Shown piece after piece: positions 1-11,535 of a stretch of DNA of 47,499 nt (its first letter is position 1; every line of letters starts with the position of its first letter). The notes under the pieces are model-generated. The model was not told the origin of the DNA and ran no database searches. It saw only the letters and a program-made list of their open reading frames with translations. A program made the translations under genes and the position numbers. The DNA comes from Chrysochromulina tobinii (taxonomy: Eukaryota), in assembly GCA_001275005.1 (NCBI GenBank), contig JWZX01003092.1:1-47499 (forward strand). Reading direction: 5' to 3'.

Positions 1-388
1 CGTCATGGAATTTCGAGGGGGCTAGGATTACAATTCCGAAATTCCAGGATTTCAATTCCAAGTCCGCGCCTGCACTGTCACCTCACCAGATTGTACGTGG
101 GTCCAGAATGAATTGATTTGCAGATTTGGCAACGGATGCCTGCTCATGTCGCATCTTAGTTCGTCTTCTCATCAGACTTAGGCGCAACCATGCCGGTCAT
201 CTGGGAGGAGGACTCCGCGCTGGCCATGGCGCAGGCGGGGGGCCGTGGCGGCGAGCGGGCTCGTCTACGAAGACTTTATGGACTGATCAAAGGGAGGGGA
301 AGAACCGCCCGCGCCATGTCAGACGCCGAAACGGCGCGCGCGTGCACATCCCTAAAAAGGTTTGTCAGGAGTCGTACCAAATCGGGCC

Positions 389-1924
389 ATGGCGGCGACA
401 GGGACGGCGCGCTCCTTCACCCTTCGCGTCGGCCACGGGCTCGCCGAGCTCAAAAAGGGCGCTTTGGGCGTGGGTGAGGCCACCTCGCTTCTCGGGCCCA
501 AGGGATCGTCCAAGGGCTCACTGACGGGCACGAAAGGCAATGAGGCCGAGATGAAAGGGTGGTCCGGGTGCCAGACGCTTTTCTTTTACTTTTTGCTGCT
601 GCTGCCCCTGCTCGTCGTCGGCTTATTCGTGCTCCTCGGCGTGGCACTGCAGAGTCCCGAGGCTCTCTCGTTGACAGGAACTCCCAAGCCGGGGCTAGCA
701 CACGCGCCGGCACCAGCACCGGCACCGGTGAAAGAGCCGGGGACGGCACCAACACCAAGCTCAGACCCCGCAGCTGCACCGTCGTCGCCAAAGCCCGTGC
801 ATGCTCCATCTATTGGTCCATTGCCAGTTACGCCCATCACCAGTAAGGCGGTCCGCGCGCAGGTGCTTGTCATCGTCTCTGACCACGGAAGTGGCACGAC
901 GGACTTAGGGGATGCGCTCAACGCCCACCCGTGCATGTTCGACGTCGGGGAGCCGTTCGCGAACCCCAGTGGGCTGTGGTCGTCGAGCAGGGTCGACGGG
1001 TGCGCGTTTCCTGAATCAGTCTTCAGCGCTGACACTGGCGCCCTCCAGAAGAGAGACAACAAACAGCTGTCGCTCAAAATGCATCAGCTCCAGTCTACAA
1101 AACCAAAAGGCATGAAGCCGGCCGCGACGCTCATCAGCGAATCTCCCTCGTTGTACGACGGGCTGCCGTACGACATGGCCGAGTACTTCATCCGCATCCG
1201 CGACTATCTTTGCGCGAGCGTGCCAGAGGACGTCTGCCCCGCCGCGCTGTGCACGATCACTCTCAAGCTCTTCCCCCAGTGGGTCAACGCCAATACGGGC
1301 CCTCAGAACCTTGCGAACCAGGCTCCGTCGAGGTGCACGATCGCGCGTAACGTTGCGGCGATGGCGGCGTGGAAAAAGGAGCTCGCGTCGATGAAGGCGA
1401 ACCCCAAGGTTGCAGCGTTCACAGTCACCCGAGACGAGCGTAACCGGCAGTTTTCCATCTTCCGACGGTTCACTGCTCCCGGCACAGAGTTTGACTGCAG
1501 TTTCCCTCGCCCGCCCTACACGTTCGCCGACGTGTCGAAAAGCTACACTGACGGAAACATGCAGATCGAGAACTGCTGGAAGGATAACGAGGGTGCCAAC
1601 AAGTGCCTCGCCGACGCCCTCCGGCTAGTCGGCCTGTCCACGGAACCGTTGGCGTCCAAAGAGATCAACATCTTAGAAGCCGAGGTGACCCAGCTGTACA
1701 ACACGACGAGCAGGAGTTGCGCCACAGACCCCGATGCGACCTTCATTCGCACGGAAAGTGACGTCGTGCCTGAGGTGACGCATAGCGACAGCAAGAGGGT
1801 GGTAAGGCTAAGCAGCAGCTACACCTTACCTGTCCCAGAGAGACACTGGGGTAGCGAGCCACCCTCTCGTGGCGTGGAGCGAAACATACTCACGAGCATT
1901 AGTAGAGAGAGAGAGATGCAATAG
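389..1924 (+). CDS. Type II membrane P-loop sulfotransferase-like protein
   Basis: N-terminal TM segment (FFYFLLLLPLLVVGLFVLLGVAL) and Pro-rich stem, then VIVSDHGSGTTDLGDALNAHP..DVGEPF, resembling the sulfotransferase 5'-PSB region (RSGST..L..HP...EPF). Start is ATG 389 or 551. Confidence 0.6.
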   Translation: MAATGTARSFTLRVGHGLAELKKGALGVGEATSLLGPKGSSKGSLTGTKGNEAEMKGWSGCQTLFFYFLLLLPLLVVGLFVLLGVALQSPEALSLTGTPKPGLAHAPAPAPAPVKEPGTAPTPSSDPAAAPSSPKPVHAPSIGPLPVTPITSKAVRAQVLVIVSDHGSGTTDLGDALNAHPCMFDVGEPFANPSGLWSSSRVDGCAFPESVFSADTGALQKRDNKQLSLKMHQLQSTKPKGMKPAATLISESPSLYDGLPYDMAEYFIRIRDYLCASVPEDVCPAALCTITLKLFPQWVNANTGPQNLANQAPSRCTIARNVAAMAAWKKELASMKANPKVAAFTVTRDERNRQFSIFRRFTAPGTEFDCSFPRPPYTFADVSKSYTDGNMQIENCWKDNEGANKCLADALRLVGLSTEPLASKEINILEAEVTQLYNTTSRSCATDPDATFIRTESDVVPEVTHSDSKRVVRLSSSYTLPVPERHWGSEPPSRGVERNILTSISREREMQ

Positions 1925-2147
1925 AAATACCATGTACGACTGCTGGCTGTATTCTGTCCCCTGTTTTTGGTACGTGTGTAGCGTCTACGTATGTTTGTGC
2001 TGCGTCCTATGTAAACGTGGGACCTAAAGGCGTCGTCCTGAGCTTGCTTGTCACGCCGCGCGTGCTTGGACGGAGAGTGTGCGCGTCGTGTGTTTCACAG
2101 CAGCAGCAGCACGCCGCGCTCGAGCACGTCGCTCGGCCTTGCCTCAC

Positions 2148-4121
2148 ATGTGGCTCGACGATGACGAGCTCAATCCAGACAGCGAAACAGACCGCGCTCT
2201 GATGATGCGTGCGCTCCTCGAGGCCGAGACTGGCCGCGCCTCTCCATCATCGGAGAAAATTGCGACTCACGAGGCCAAGGAGCCAGCGTCCGCCATCGCA
2301 TTCGGGCATAGCGTCCACTTTGGTCCGCCTGTGCTATCGTGCTCGGTGCCCTGGGGACTCATGCTGCTGAGACAGGTCGACCCGTTGCACCCCGTGCTGA
2401 CGAGTGGTGCGGTTCCAGCGTCACTCGAAGCCCTCGATGTTCACAATGAGCTCGCCGTGCACGTGGACTGGCGACAGCTCAGTACGGTTGAGGCAGTGGG
2501 CGGCGGCCCGGTGCGCCTTACGGTTAGCCACCATGGCGCCATCGTTGCTGCGGCGGAGGGTCGCGGGCCTCCCGATCCTCTAAGCGTCCGTTTCGCTGTT
2601 TCCGACGCTCAGCCGGGCACGGTCTTCATCGCGCGCCTGAGCTGGCCCGGCGGCTCGCGCCATCTGCACTGCCTGGCACCCCTACGCGCGCCTGTGCGCC
2701 TCGAAGGCCTCACCGCGCCGCCTGCCGCCATGCCACCGAGCCCCTCGTCCGCCGCCACGCTGCCGAACGTGCCGAGCGCGTCTAGCCTGCTCTCTCCTGA
2801 TCGGCTGGCTAGCAGCCTACCGCTGCGCTACTTGTCGAGCCGCGGGGTGGGGATCGAGATGGAACTCCTCACCTTCGCACCGCAGCCGGAGGTGAGTGGC
2901 GCATTCACGAAGCAGGAGGAGGTCCACGCCATGCTCCATCGCATCGGAGCGACGGCTGAGGCCGCAGAGCTCGCAGCGGCGACGGCTGAGGTGTCAGAGA
3001 CGGCGGAGCTCATTCACCGAATGCTCGCACGTTGCGCACTGTGGACTCACGAGGTCGATGATCACGTGATGGTGGCCTCGCGGCGAGTCGCGGCACGGGT
3101 GGCCGAGGAGGTCGTGGCCGCAGAGGCCGCGGCCGCAGAGGCGGCGGCTGCAGAGGCGGCGACCAGGGTGCGGGATGCCAGCGATGAGCGATCCGGAGCT
3201 CGGGACGCCGGTGCGGACGCAGCCACGGCGCGTCGAGCGCTCATCGCTAGGCTGCACCATGGAGGACCTGGCACAATGAAGTCTGAGTTCAAGTCACCCG
3301 CCCCCGCCGCTGGCGGCGCCCTGCGCTTCAGTGATTGCGGCGCGGCCGAGCTCTCGTGCTTCGTTCGCGTCCTTCGCCACCTCGGCGCCGGTGCGCCTGC
3401 GCTGTCCGACACCGCCAATGGTGGCTGCTCATTACACGTGCACGTCAACGTGGCGAACGGATCTGCCACAGCGGGCGGCGACACGCTCAGCCACCTCGAG
3501 GTGCTCAACGTGTACCTCGCTTGGACCCGCTTCGACGGTGTCACCGCCCGATTCGCACGCCCTTGGATGTGGCGCGAGCCGTCCATGGCGCCGATGTATG
3601 CGACCGGCGCCGAGTTTGCGTGGCATGAGAAGGCATGGGAACAGGGGTCGTCCGCCGCCCCCGACCCCGCCACGTACGATATCCCAACCTTTGTGCGCGC
3701 CGTGCACGCCGTTGGGCGCTCCGATGGCTTTAGCGCGCTCGACGAGCCCGCCAAGCGCGAGAGACTCTTCGGGCGCGCTGCTGGCACGCCCGCGACGGCC
3801 ATTGGGCGCCATTGTTCCCTCAATCTGCGCCGGCTTACCACTTACGGCACGCTCGAGTTTCGGCGCTTCCATGGCACGCTGGACGATGCTCTCATCGTGC
3901 GATGGGCGCACTTCTGTGTCGCTTTCGTCGAATGCTTCCGCGGAGGCACGTCAGCTCAACGGCTGCTCGACGCCTCCAACGAAGACCTCGATGCTATCGA
4001 GGCCACCCTGGCCGACGAGCAAGCGACGGCGACAGCCGAGGCGCTCATGCGGGAGATGGACGGTTTCGTCGACCCGCGCACGGCCGACACGTTCATGCGA
4101 GACAGCGGCGCTCTCCCTTGA
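2148..4121 (+). CDS. Putative amidoligase (Amidoligase_2-like COOH-NH2 ligase) with uncharacterised N-terminal region
   Basis: Family motifs in the expected order: GVGIEMEL, EFKSP, CSLHVHV, SLNL..YGTLEFRRFHGTLD..W..FC. First in-frame ATG is 2148. Confidence 0.75.
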   Translation: MWLDDDELNPDSETDRALMMRALLEAETGRASPSSEKIATHEAKEPASAIAFGHSVHFGPPVLSCSVPWGLMLLRQVDPLHPVLTSGAVPASLEALDVHNELAVHVDWRQLSTVEAVGGGPVRLTVSHHGAIVAAAEGRGPPDPLSVRFAVSDAQPGTVFIARLSWPGGSRHLHCLAPLRAPVRLEGLTAPPAAMPPSPSSAATLPNVPSASSLLSPDRLASSLPLRYLSSRGVGIEMELLTFAPQPEVSGAFTKQEEVHAMLHRIGATAEAAELAAATAEVSETAELIHRMLARCALWTHEVDDHVMVASRRVAARVAEEVVAAEAAAAEAAAAEAATRVRDASDERSGARDAGADAATARRALIARLHHGGPGTMKSEFKSPAPAAGGALRFSDCGAAELSCFVRVLRHLGAGAPALSDTANGGCSLHVHVNVANGSATAGGDTLSHLEVLNVYLAWTRFDGVTARFARPWMWREPSMAPMYATGAEFAWHEKAWEQGSSAAPDPATYDIPTFVRAVHAVGRSDGFSALDEPAKRERLFGRAAGTPATAIGRHCSLNLRRLTTYGTLEFRRFHGTLDDALIVRWAHFCVAFVECFRGGTSAQRLLDASNEDLDAIEATLADEQATATAEALMREMDGFVDPRTADTFMRDSGALP

Positions 4122-4510
4122 AACGGTCCCTGGGCTGAGCTTGACTGATTCGGCGCTGGTTGGGTGGCGCCACATGCGCGGCTCCTCCCGGCGCTCGTTG
4201 GGTGGCGTCACATGCGACCCAAGCCCCCCGCCCCGCGGATGAAAGAAATGACCGAAACGACACTCGAACATTGTCACACACATGTGTAATGGCGGAGCCG
4301 AGAGCAGCATGATTTGCCGTTTTCGTGATCTACACACCACGCCGCATAGTCTAAGCTCCATAATTCTCGGTTCCTTTTCGTTCTCGATATTATGCACCGC
4401 AGGTCACACCATCCTCCGATCCAGATGGGTAGTTGTACGGTACTAGAGGCTTGTTAGATGAAGATCACACACACACAGTACATACTTTAATTCCCTCTTC
4501 CGACCTGACT

Positions 4511-7500
4511 CTAGCCAAATATTGAGTCATCAGTCTCCGTGTTGTAGACGACCGGGCCTGACAAGGTTTCGACCTTGTTGTCGGTCCTATTAGCGTTGCC
4601 TCCACGGGCATGCCGTCGAGCATCACCGTCGGAGAAGTCGTCATCGACCGCGTGGAGCCCGTAGGCCTCCAGGTCGACCGTGCAGCACGGGCATGCCCTG
4701 CTTGTCCAGTAGAGTACCTCGGGGATCATCTTCTGATTCACGTAGGACAACGCCATCGTCAGCCGACTGTACACGACCATTCGGAGCAAGATGGTGAAGA
4801 AGAAGCTGTACACGAGGACAAGCACAAAAGTCACGTACCAGACGAGCGGAAGCCAGGTGTAGTAGTGGTCGTATCGGGTGCTTTCGAGCGTGTACGTCAA
4901 GTTGTACGCGGCGAACTGCGCGATGCTAGTGTAGGTCACATTGTATGTGTTTTCTAGCTCGCGTCTGGCGTCGTTGAACTTGAACCGCGCCATGTTCTGC
5001 ACGCTCTCCTGAGCGTAGTCGATCGAGTAGTGCGCGATGGTGAAGCCCACGATCGATGCGTACGGCAACACGCCAATGAAGAGGTAGAAAAGCAAGCGCA
5101 GGCGTGGCGGACTGGGCGCATATCTCCAGAGCGGCAGGATGTCAGACTGTAGGCAAGACTTGAGGAAGAAGGCACCAATGATGAGCTTGACAATTAGAAT
5201 GAGACCGTTAATGTTAAAGATGATGTCCGCGGACCACATGAAGAGAAAGGCGAGGGCGCCATCCAAGATCGCACTGACCAGGTAGCCAAAGACGACGATG
5301 AAGAAGACGCCGAATTTCGAGGTGAGCGCCTCCGCGTCTCTCATGCCGTATTGGTCGATTGGCGTCTGCCGCATCTTGTACCATCCGTAATTACACGCGA
5401 CGAAGAGGAAGGCGGTCTGCAAGTAGCCCTGCTCGAGCATGTGGGACATGGAGAGGCGTTGCGCCTGGACCATCATGAGTGAGCCGCGCTGGTCGACCCA
5501 CTCGAAGAGATTGGGCCCGTACCAAAACGTGCTCCAGTTCTTGACGCGCACGGCGGCCTCAGACAGGTTCTCGTACAGCTGGAGCAGGCCGAAGATGGGG
5601 GGTATCGACTCCGCGTTGTTCATTAAGATGACAGAGGCGAGGCGAAACGGCGCGTAGATGACGCACGAGAGCACGACGTAAAGATTTGCCAGCTGCATCG
5701 CCCACGCATTGGGCCCCGAGGCCTGAACCGTGATCTTCGCCTGCGTGTCCTCCATGTCGAGCATCAGAAAGAGAGTGTTGAGGCTGAGCCCCCACGTCAA
5801 GATCCCACCCGTCAAAAAGTCGAGCCGATTGATCTCGTACTTGCCTATCTCTAGCATGCATAGGTTCGAGATGCCCCACACCGAGGGGTTTGCCGGGCCG
5901 TGGCCCATGTCGACGGCGCCGCAGATTTCGCTGCCCGGCGTGTTGGGCACGACGCGGCCCAAGTTGTCGTATAGCGTCACCTGCGGCGCGAATGAATCGA
6001 AAAAGGGCGCGATACCAACGCCCATGATCGCGCCAAGCACCGCACTAATGAGCATGAATGCGAGGAAGCCGGCTCCTTTGAGCTTGAAGCTGCGCGCCCA
6101 CAAAATACCGAGGATGAGTGCCACGCTTCCGCCGATTGCGATGTTAACAATGATGGACTGGACTGGATCTGTGCCGCCCGATGGGTCGAGAAAGTTCTCC
6201 CGGCCGACGGCATGGAACTGAGGAATGAATGTTGGGTCGCCCGGCTGGAACGTGTCTGCGCTGCCGAGCGGGATGGACAGGTCACTCGACGGGATCTTGC
6301 ACTGGCCGCCTGATCTGCCGGCAGCCTCATCTTCGACAGAGCGCACGATGCACTCCGTCCACTGTGCGCACGTTTTCTGTTGGATCGACATGCGGTTGGG
6401 TCCCGTGGCCTCGGGTAGCGTGAGCCGCCCACTATCCGGCTTAACGGGCTGATGCACTGGTAATCAGAAGGAAGCATGCCAGGTCCACAGACGGGTATGA
6501 CGGCGTGGATCACGTACATGAAGAGTGCGTTCGAGAGGAAGTTGCGGTCGATGGTGTTGATGACGAGCTGCGCGATGACGAGCGCGATCAGGAAGAACAT
6601 GAACATGTTCGACGCCTTCACCCATAGGTCGAGGACCTGCTTCAGCTCATACACGTCCGAAGAGACCTGGAGCCTGCGCAGCTCGGCTTGCTCCTTGAGC
6701 TTCGGCAGCTCTTCCTTGGCGACATCGGGGCCCAGCTGAAATTCCTCGAGCGTGATGGTCTCGAAGGCGCCTTCGACACTCACGGGCACGAGTGCCTGGC
6801 CCTCGCCGGTCTGCTTGCAGTCCACAAGGTCGGCGAGGATCGTCACGCGCTGCCCGTTGTACTTTGGCTTGAGGAAGCTGTTGACGACGAGTGCCTTGTT
6901 ACCCTTGTAGATGGGGACGCGCATCGTGCCCATGATCTCCTCGATGATCTTCTTCATGTCCTCGAAGGCGGCGTCGTATTTCGCGTTGAGGCGGATCACC
7001 ATGAAGTTGATGAAGACTAGTATGAAGTTGCACACGCCCTGGAGGACGGAGAGCAAGTTCCGGTATTGAATCACGAGGAGGTCGTAAAAGGGCACCGCGG
7101 AATGAAAGCTCAGCCACTCCGTCTGCATCGACGCGACGAGCCATACGAAGAGGCCGGTGATGACGAAGGCGAGCACGACATTGTTATACCATTGAGTCTT
7201 CAGGACCGCCTGGACGGCCTTAGCGCGCCCAAACATCATCGGGAACGCCGTGTGCGTCAGGTATTTGCTGTCGAGGAGGACGAGCAAGATGAGCGCCGGG
7301 AGGAGGAAATGGACAATGAGCATGACTATGCGGTATGCCTCAACGATCGAGTCAGTCTGGGACACGAGGTGTGCGAGGACATCCGTGTAGTCGCCGATGA
7401 GCAGCTGCACGTGCGCGAACCACGAGAAGACTTGCATCGTGAAGGACATGTACATGCAGTTGATGGTGAAGGTCATTGCATGCAGCTCAATGTGCGGCGT

Positions 7501-9456
7501 CTCCATGTAGGGGTTGACCGTGCGGAAGCCGCAGCAGGTGGAGAGGTATTGCATGTATTGGACGTACTGGACCGCCACGCCGAGCACGCCCGAGACAGCG
7601 CCGATCATCTGCACGAGGTAGACAGACGACATCCAATCTTCAAACGAGTCGAAGGGGGTTTGGAAACCATCAGTGGCGTTCGCCCTCATGGGCAGCGACT
7701 TGCTCAGTTGCAGCTGATAATGAGTGATGGAGATAGCCGCGACGGCGATATTCGACAGCATGTATCGCATCCCGCGGAAGGCGAACAGTTTCGCGCCCTC
7801 GCGCTGTTCAGACACAAGGAGCTCCTTCGCTTTCGCCTTCTCCATGCGTTCAAAGTCCGCGGCGTCCGCTTGACTCGTGCCGGCCTCGAGGTACACTTTG
7901 CGCGCGGCGTCCATCGCCTCGCGCTTCATCATGCTCTTCATGCGCTTGTCGTTCTCATCTTGCATCCTCTTCTCGAGAGCCAGGCGGCTCGTCCGAGCGT
8001 CTTGCCCCTCCTTCGGTCCCGTCTTGACGCTCGCACTGCGGAGGCTCTCGTACGCATCGTCAGTGCGCTCCTTGAACGTGTGCATTTCGAACGTGCGTGC
8101 ACGCCGCGGGTTGCCGCCCCGCATCGCATGTGGGCCGCGCCTGCTGCCCGCCATCGCATCTCTGCTGCTCAAGGAGGCGATCAGCTCCGAGTGCGCTCGT
8201 TCCGCATCGTACTCGGCTGTGGTGCCCGTCTCCTCGAACTCGAGCATGAGCGCCCGCGAGTCGCTCACGCCCTCGATGGCACGTGCGCTCTCGCCCGCAT
8301 CCGTGGGATCCCAAGGGAACGCAGCCTTCGGATCATACGCGGCCTTGGGATCGAACGTGACGTGCATGCCGCGCAGCGTGATGTTCGGATCTCTGAGGGC
8401 CATCTCGGCAGTTATCTCGGCAGCTCTGGTCGCCGCCTTGGCCTCGGGCCGTACCGCCTGCAGCGAGCGGGTAGGCTCGAGGGATTGCAGCACCTGTTGC
8501 TCCTTGGCCTGGCGCAGCGTCGATGCGATGATGGCCTCCACCATCTTGCTATTCTTCGTACGCACCTCTGAGCCGTCGGGGCCACGCGGCAGCTGCTTGC
8601 CGTACTTGATCGGCGTAGGCGCCTCGTGCAAGTAATTCAGCTCCTCGTTCCGGGGTTCTCCTTGAGCGCGCCTGAGAGTGTCCTTGCTCTCGTCGTAGAC
8701 GGTGAGCTCGACCTCCGCTCGCCGCTCCTTCTCGAAAGCCTCCCGATCTTGCTTCGCGAGGAGAAGCGCTTGCTTTCGGTCTCGCTTCATTTGCTCGCGC
8801 CATGCCTCGGGGTCATGATCGCCCTCCTCGGCGCCCTCCTCGGCAACGACGACGTCGCGGCTCGTGGGGCTTGGCGCGAGCACACTGGTACGTTTGGTGC
8901 TGAAATCGTATGAGGGCGAAGGGGCGGCCGAGGGCGCGGGGGCAGGCGAGGGCGCGGAGTGCTCGGCACCCGAGGCAAGGCTGCGGCCCCTGGTGCTGAA
9001 ATCGTAAGGGGGGGAGGAGCTTTTGGTGCTGAAATCGTATGAGGGCGAAGGGGCGGGCGAGGACCCGGATTGCTCGGCACCCGAGGCAAGGCTAGGCCCT
9101 CTGGTGCTGAAATCATATGAGGACGATGAGGGCTTGGAGCCCTCAGAGTGCAGAGACACGCCTTCGGGCAGGGTGACACTCGACGCATCATCACCATTGC
9201 TTGCTCGCGTGCTGAAATCGTACATGGCGAGCCGCTTCTCCTGCATCGCCCACGCCTTATGCTCGTCGCCTGGATTCCGTGGCGAGTTCATTCGGATCCT
9301 CGCAGCCCTATCGTACGCTAAAGGATCCGCGAGCCCTTGCTGCTGGAGGAATAGGTCTATCGTCTCTTCGTAGCCGAGGCGGCGGCTCGAGTATCCCGCC
9401 GCCTCCGACTCGAAGTTTCGAGCATCCCGGGATCTCCGTTCGGCCCGCCGGCTCAT
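4511..9456 (-). CDS. Large polytopic membrane protein of unknown function (probably two exons, ~9456-6433 and ~6361-4511)
   Basis: Two overlapping long ORFs in different frames, both with many TM segments. A phase-0 GT..AG intron (6432 to 6362, or to 6377) restores the frame. The N-terminus is disordered with YDFST repeats, and there is a KOW/SH3-like LKPKYNGQRVTI segment. Confidence 0.6.
8890..9225 (-). repeat. Coding repeat: five YDFST(R/K) motifs, including a ~110-nt imperfect duplication
   Basis: gtgctgaaatc(g/a)ta recurs on the + strand near 8897, 8992, 9026, 9104 and 9209. tgctcggcacccgaggcaaggct occurs twice. Confidence 0.85.
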
Positions 9457-9776
9457 TTGCGATGTGCGGCTGAAGCGAGCGCGACCCGGAGCTGAGTAGG
9501 AAAGCACATGGGAGGCTCCTCAGCGACACCAAGTTGAGTGCCAAAAATGGACCCATCAGTGTTCGGTTTTTGGCATGCAGCAGTCCCAATGAATTCTCTC
9601 CTCAGCTACTTGTAAATGACACGGCCGGACCCAGAACGAGAATCCCCCCCCCCCGGCCTGGTCATCTCTTGAAACACACGCGCATCTGTGAATCCCAGGT
9701 CGAATCAAAACAGCAGAGCGCGGACGAACCCGAATGCGTTGCGGCGCCACGACACTCCGCGTTCGTCCGCTTCGCC

Positions 9777-11314
9777 CTACGGTGGTGCCGCTTCCAAACT
9801 GAGCCGGATGGCTTCCCTCATCAGAGCCTCGTCTTCATCGTCATCGCCCCCCGGCACAGCGGCAGCGAGCGGCTCGAGCGGCGGGGCCGTCGGCGGTCTG
9901 GGCATCCCTTGCGCTTCGCTTTGAGGTTTGGCGTCGTCCTGAGCAGCTGCTGGCGGCGGGTCGCTGACGGGCTCGCGAGCGCCGATGTGAGCACCGTCGC
10001 GGGGGCCACCGCCGGAGCGTCCATCCTCAAGGCTCGCCGCGATAGCCTGCATGAGCATAGCGTCCTCTTGCTCGCGCATCATCGCCAGCCGCTGCGCCAT
10101 GACGAGACGCTGCGCCTCAAGCTGATGCGCCCTCCCCATGCCGCCACTGTACCGAGTGCCCCCCCCGCCGTTAGCCGCGGCGTGAAAGGCATACCCTATG
10201 TGCATCGGCCGGTTGTCGCGGTCGACGGGCACGCCGTGGAGGGCGAGCTCTTCCGGGATCAAGAGTACCTGCTTCAAGAAGATGCATGCGGAGTCGTTGA
10301 AGAAGCCCGGACGCACGTCGTTGTGGTCGCCCGAGAACTTGACCAGATTCTTATCGCCTGCGTACGCGTCATAGATGAGCTGCGAGTGGTGAGGGCGCAC
10401 CTGCGAAGGAGGGCAGGGCGCCATGGTGAGCACTTGCATGCAACGCAGGGGGGTTGAGGCGAGTGGGGAGGGCGCACGAGGACGTCAGCGTCCCCACAGC
10501 CGAAGAGGGCGGGCACGAAGCACGTCTTGGCCGCGTCGACGGGCCGCAGCTTGTACAAGTCAAAGTTGGCGCGCCGCTTGACGGAGCCGGCCACAAAGGT
10601 GAGCGCCGTCTTCACGAGAAACGGTGGCACGTGCGGGGCGCCCGGTACAGTCTCAGGTGCGCTGGTGACAAGCTCGAGTGCGACCTGCTCGAGCGAGGCG
10701 AAGGGCGAGTCCAGGACGAGCCCGGCGATCGAAGCGTCACGGCTGGCCTGCAAGACTGCGCTCACAGAGCCCATCGAGCGTCCCCACAGCGCTATCGACG
10801 TCACGAGCCCCGTCCTGCGCAGGTGCTCGATCACCGCGGCGACGTCATCTTTCTCGTGCCATCCAAGCGAGATGAACTCGCCAGTTGACAAGCCGCAGCC
10901 GGCAAAGTCAAAGGAGAAAACGTTGGCGCCCGTTGCAAATACGGCTGCCATGATCTGGAGCGCCTCGGCGCGGCAGGAGGCGTTGCCATGCATGTAAATC
11001 ACGCAGGGCGCACCAACCTCGGGAAGCTCACGCCGCCGCCAAAAGCTGCCCTCGAGTTTGAGCCCGCGCGCATTCTCCACCTGGCAGTCCTCCCGCATGA
11101 ATGCCTTCCCGCCGTACTCGAACTCTGAGGGACCCAGGTCCGCCAGTGTGTAAGGCGCACGAGGCGGTCGAATGATAGCCTTCACAATATCCTCGTAGCC
11201 TTCCTTAGCCATCGAGAACCAGCCGCGTGAGCGAGGAGTTGAAGAGCTGCCATCGGGAGCCTCGGGCGGGTCGCCTTCGGGAGGGCCGCTGGCTGAGGCA
11301 CGCTGAGGCGGCAT
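9777..11314 (-). CDS. Alpha/beta-hydrolase with two C-terminal UIM-like motifs; exons 11314-10478 and 10400-9777 (486 aa)
   Basis: HGN oxyanion motif, GRSMG nucleophile elbow, LDSPF, and GDHN His. A 77-nt intron joins the two ORFs in frame. EQEDAMLMQAIAASLE and EDEALMREAIRLSLE resemble UIMs. Confidence 0.85.
10401..10477 (-). other. Spliceosomal intron (GT-AG, 77 nt)
   Basis: ctc|gtgcgc...ccttcgcag|gtgcgc, phase 0. Splicing gives ADVL|VRPHHSQLIYDAYAGDKN. Confidence 0.85.
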
Positions 11315-11535
11315 GATGATTTTGCGAGCGGAGAGCCGCCTCTCTCGCGGCTTTTGCGGCGGCGTTCAGTTAGGCGTTCGCTTCGGAAATGACGCAACTT
11401 ACAGATGCGCGCTCGGCGCGGCGCGGTGAAAGGTCTAGGACTCCCCTCTTGTCAAACAAGTAACACCCACAGACTCACGAGTAAATCTGTTGGTTCCTGT
11501 GGAGAGCTACAGCGTTCCTCTGACGCCGCTCTCGC

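Noticed and set aside
6457..6479. Possible 23-nt GC-AG micro-intron restoring the frame of the membrane-protein gene
   Set aside because: It is much shorter than the other introns here, and a 56- or 71-nt GT-AG intron explains the frame change equally well.
7066..8635. Long antisense or alternative-frame ORFs (also 12598-13290, 24500-25768, 35097-36299, 41001-42392)
   Set aside because: These are shadow ORFs expected from high-GC codon bias opposite real genes, with no recognisable motifs.
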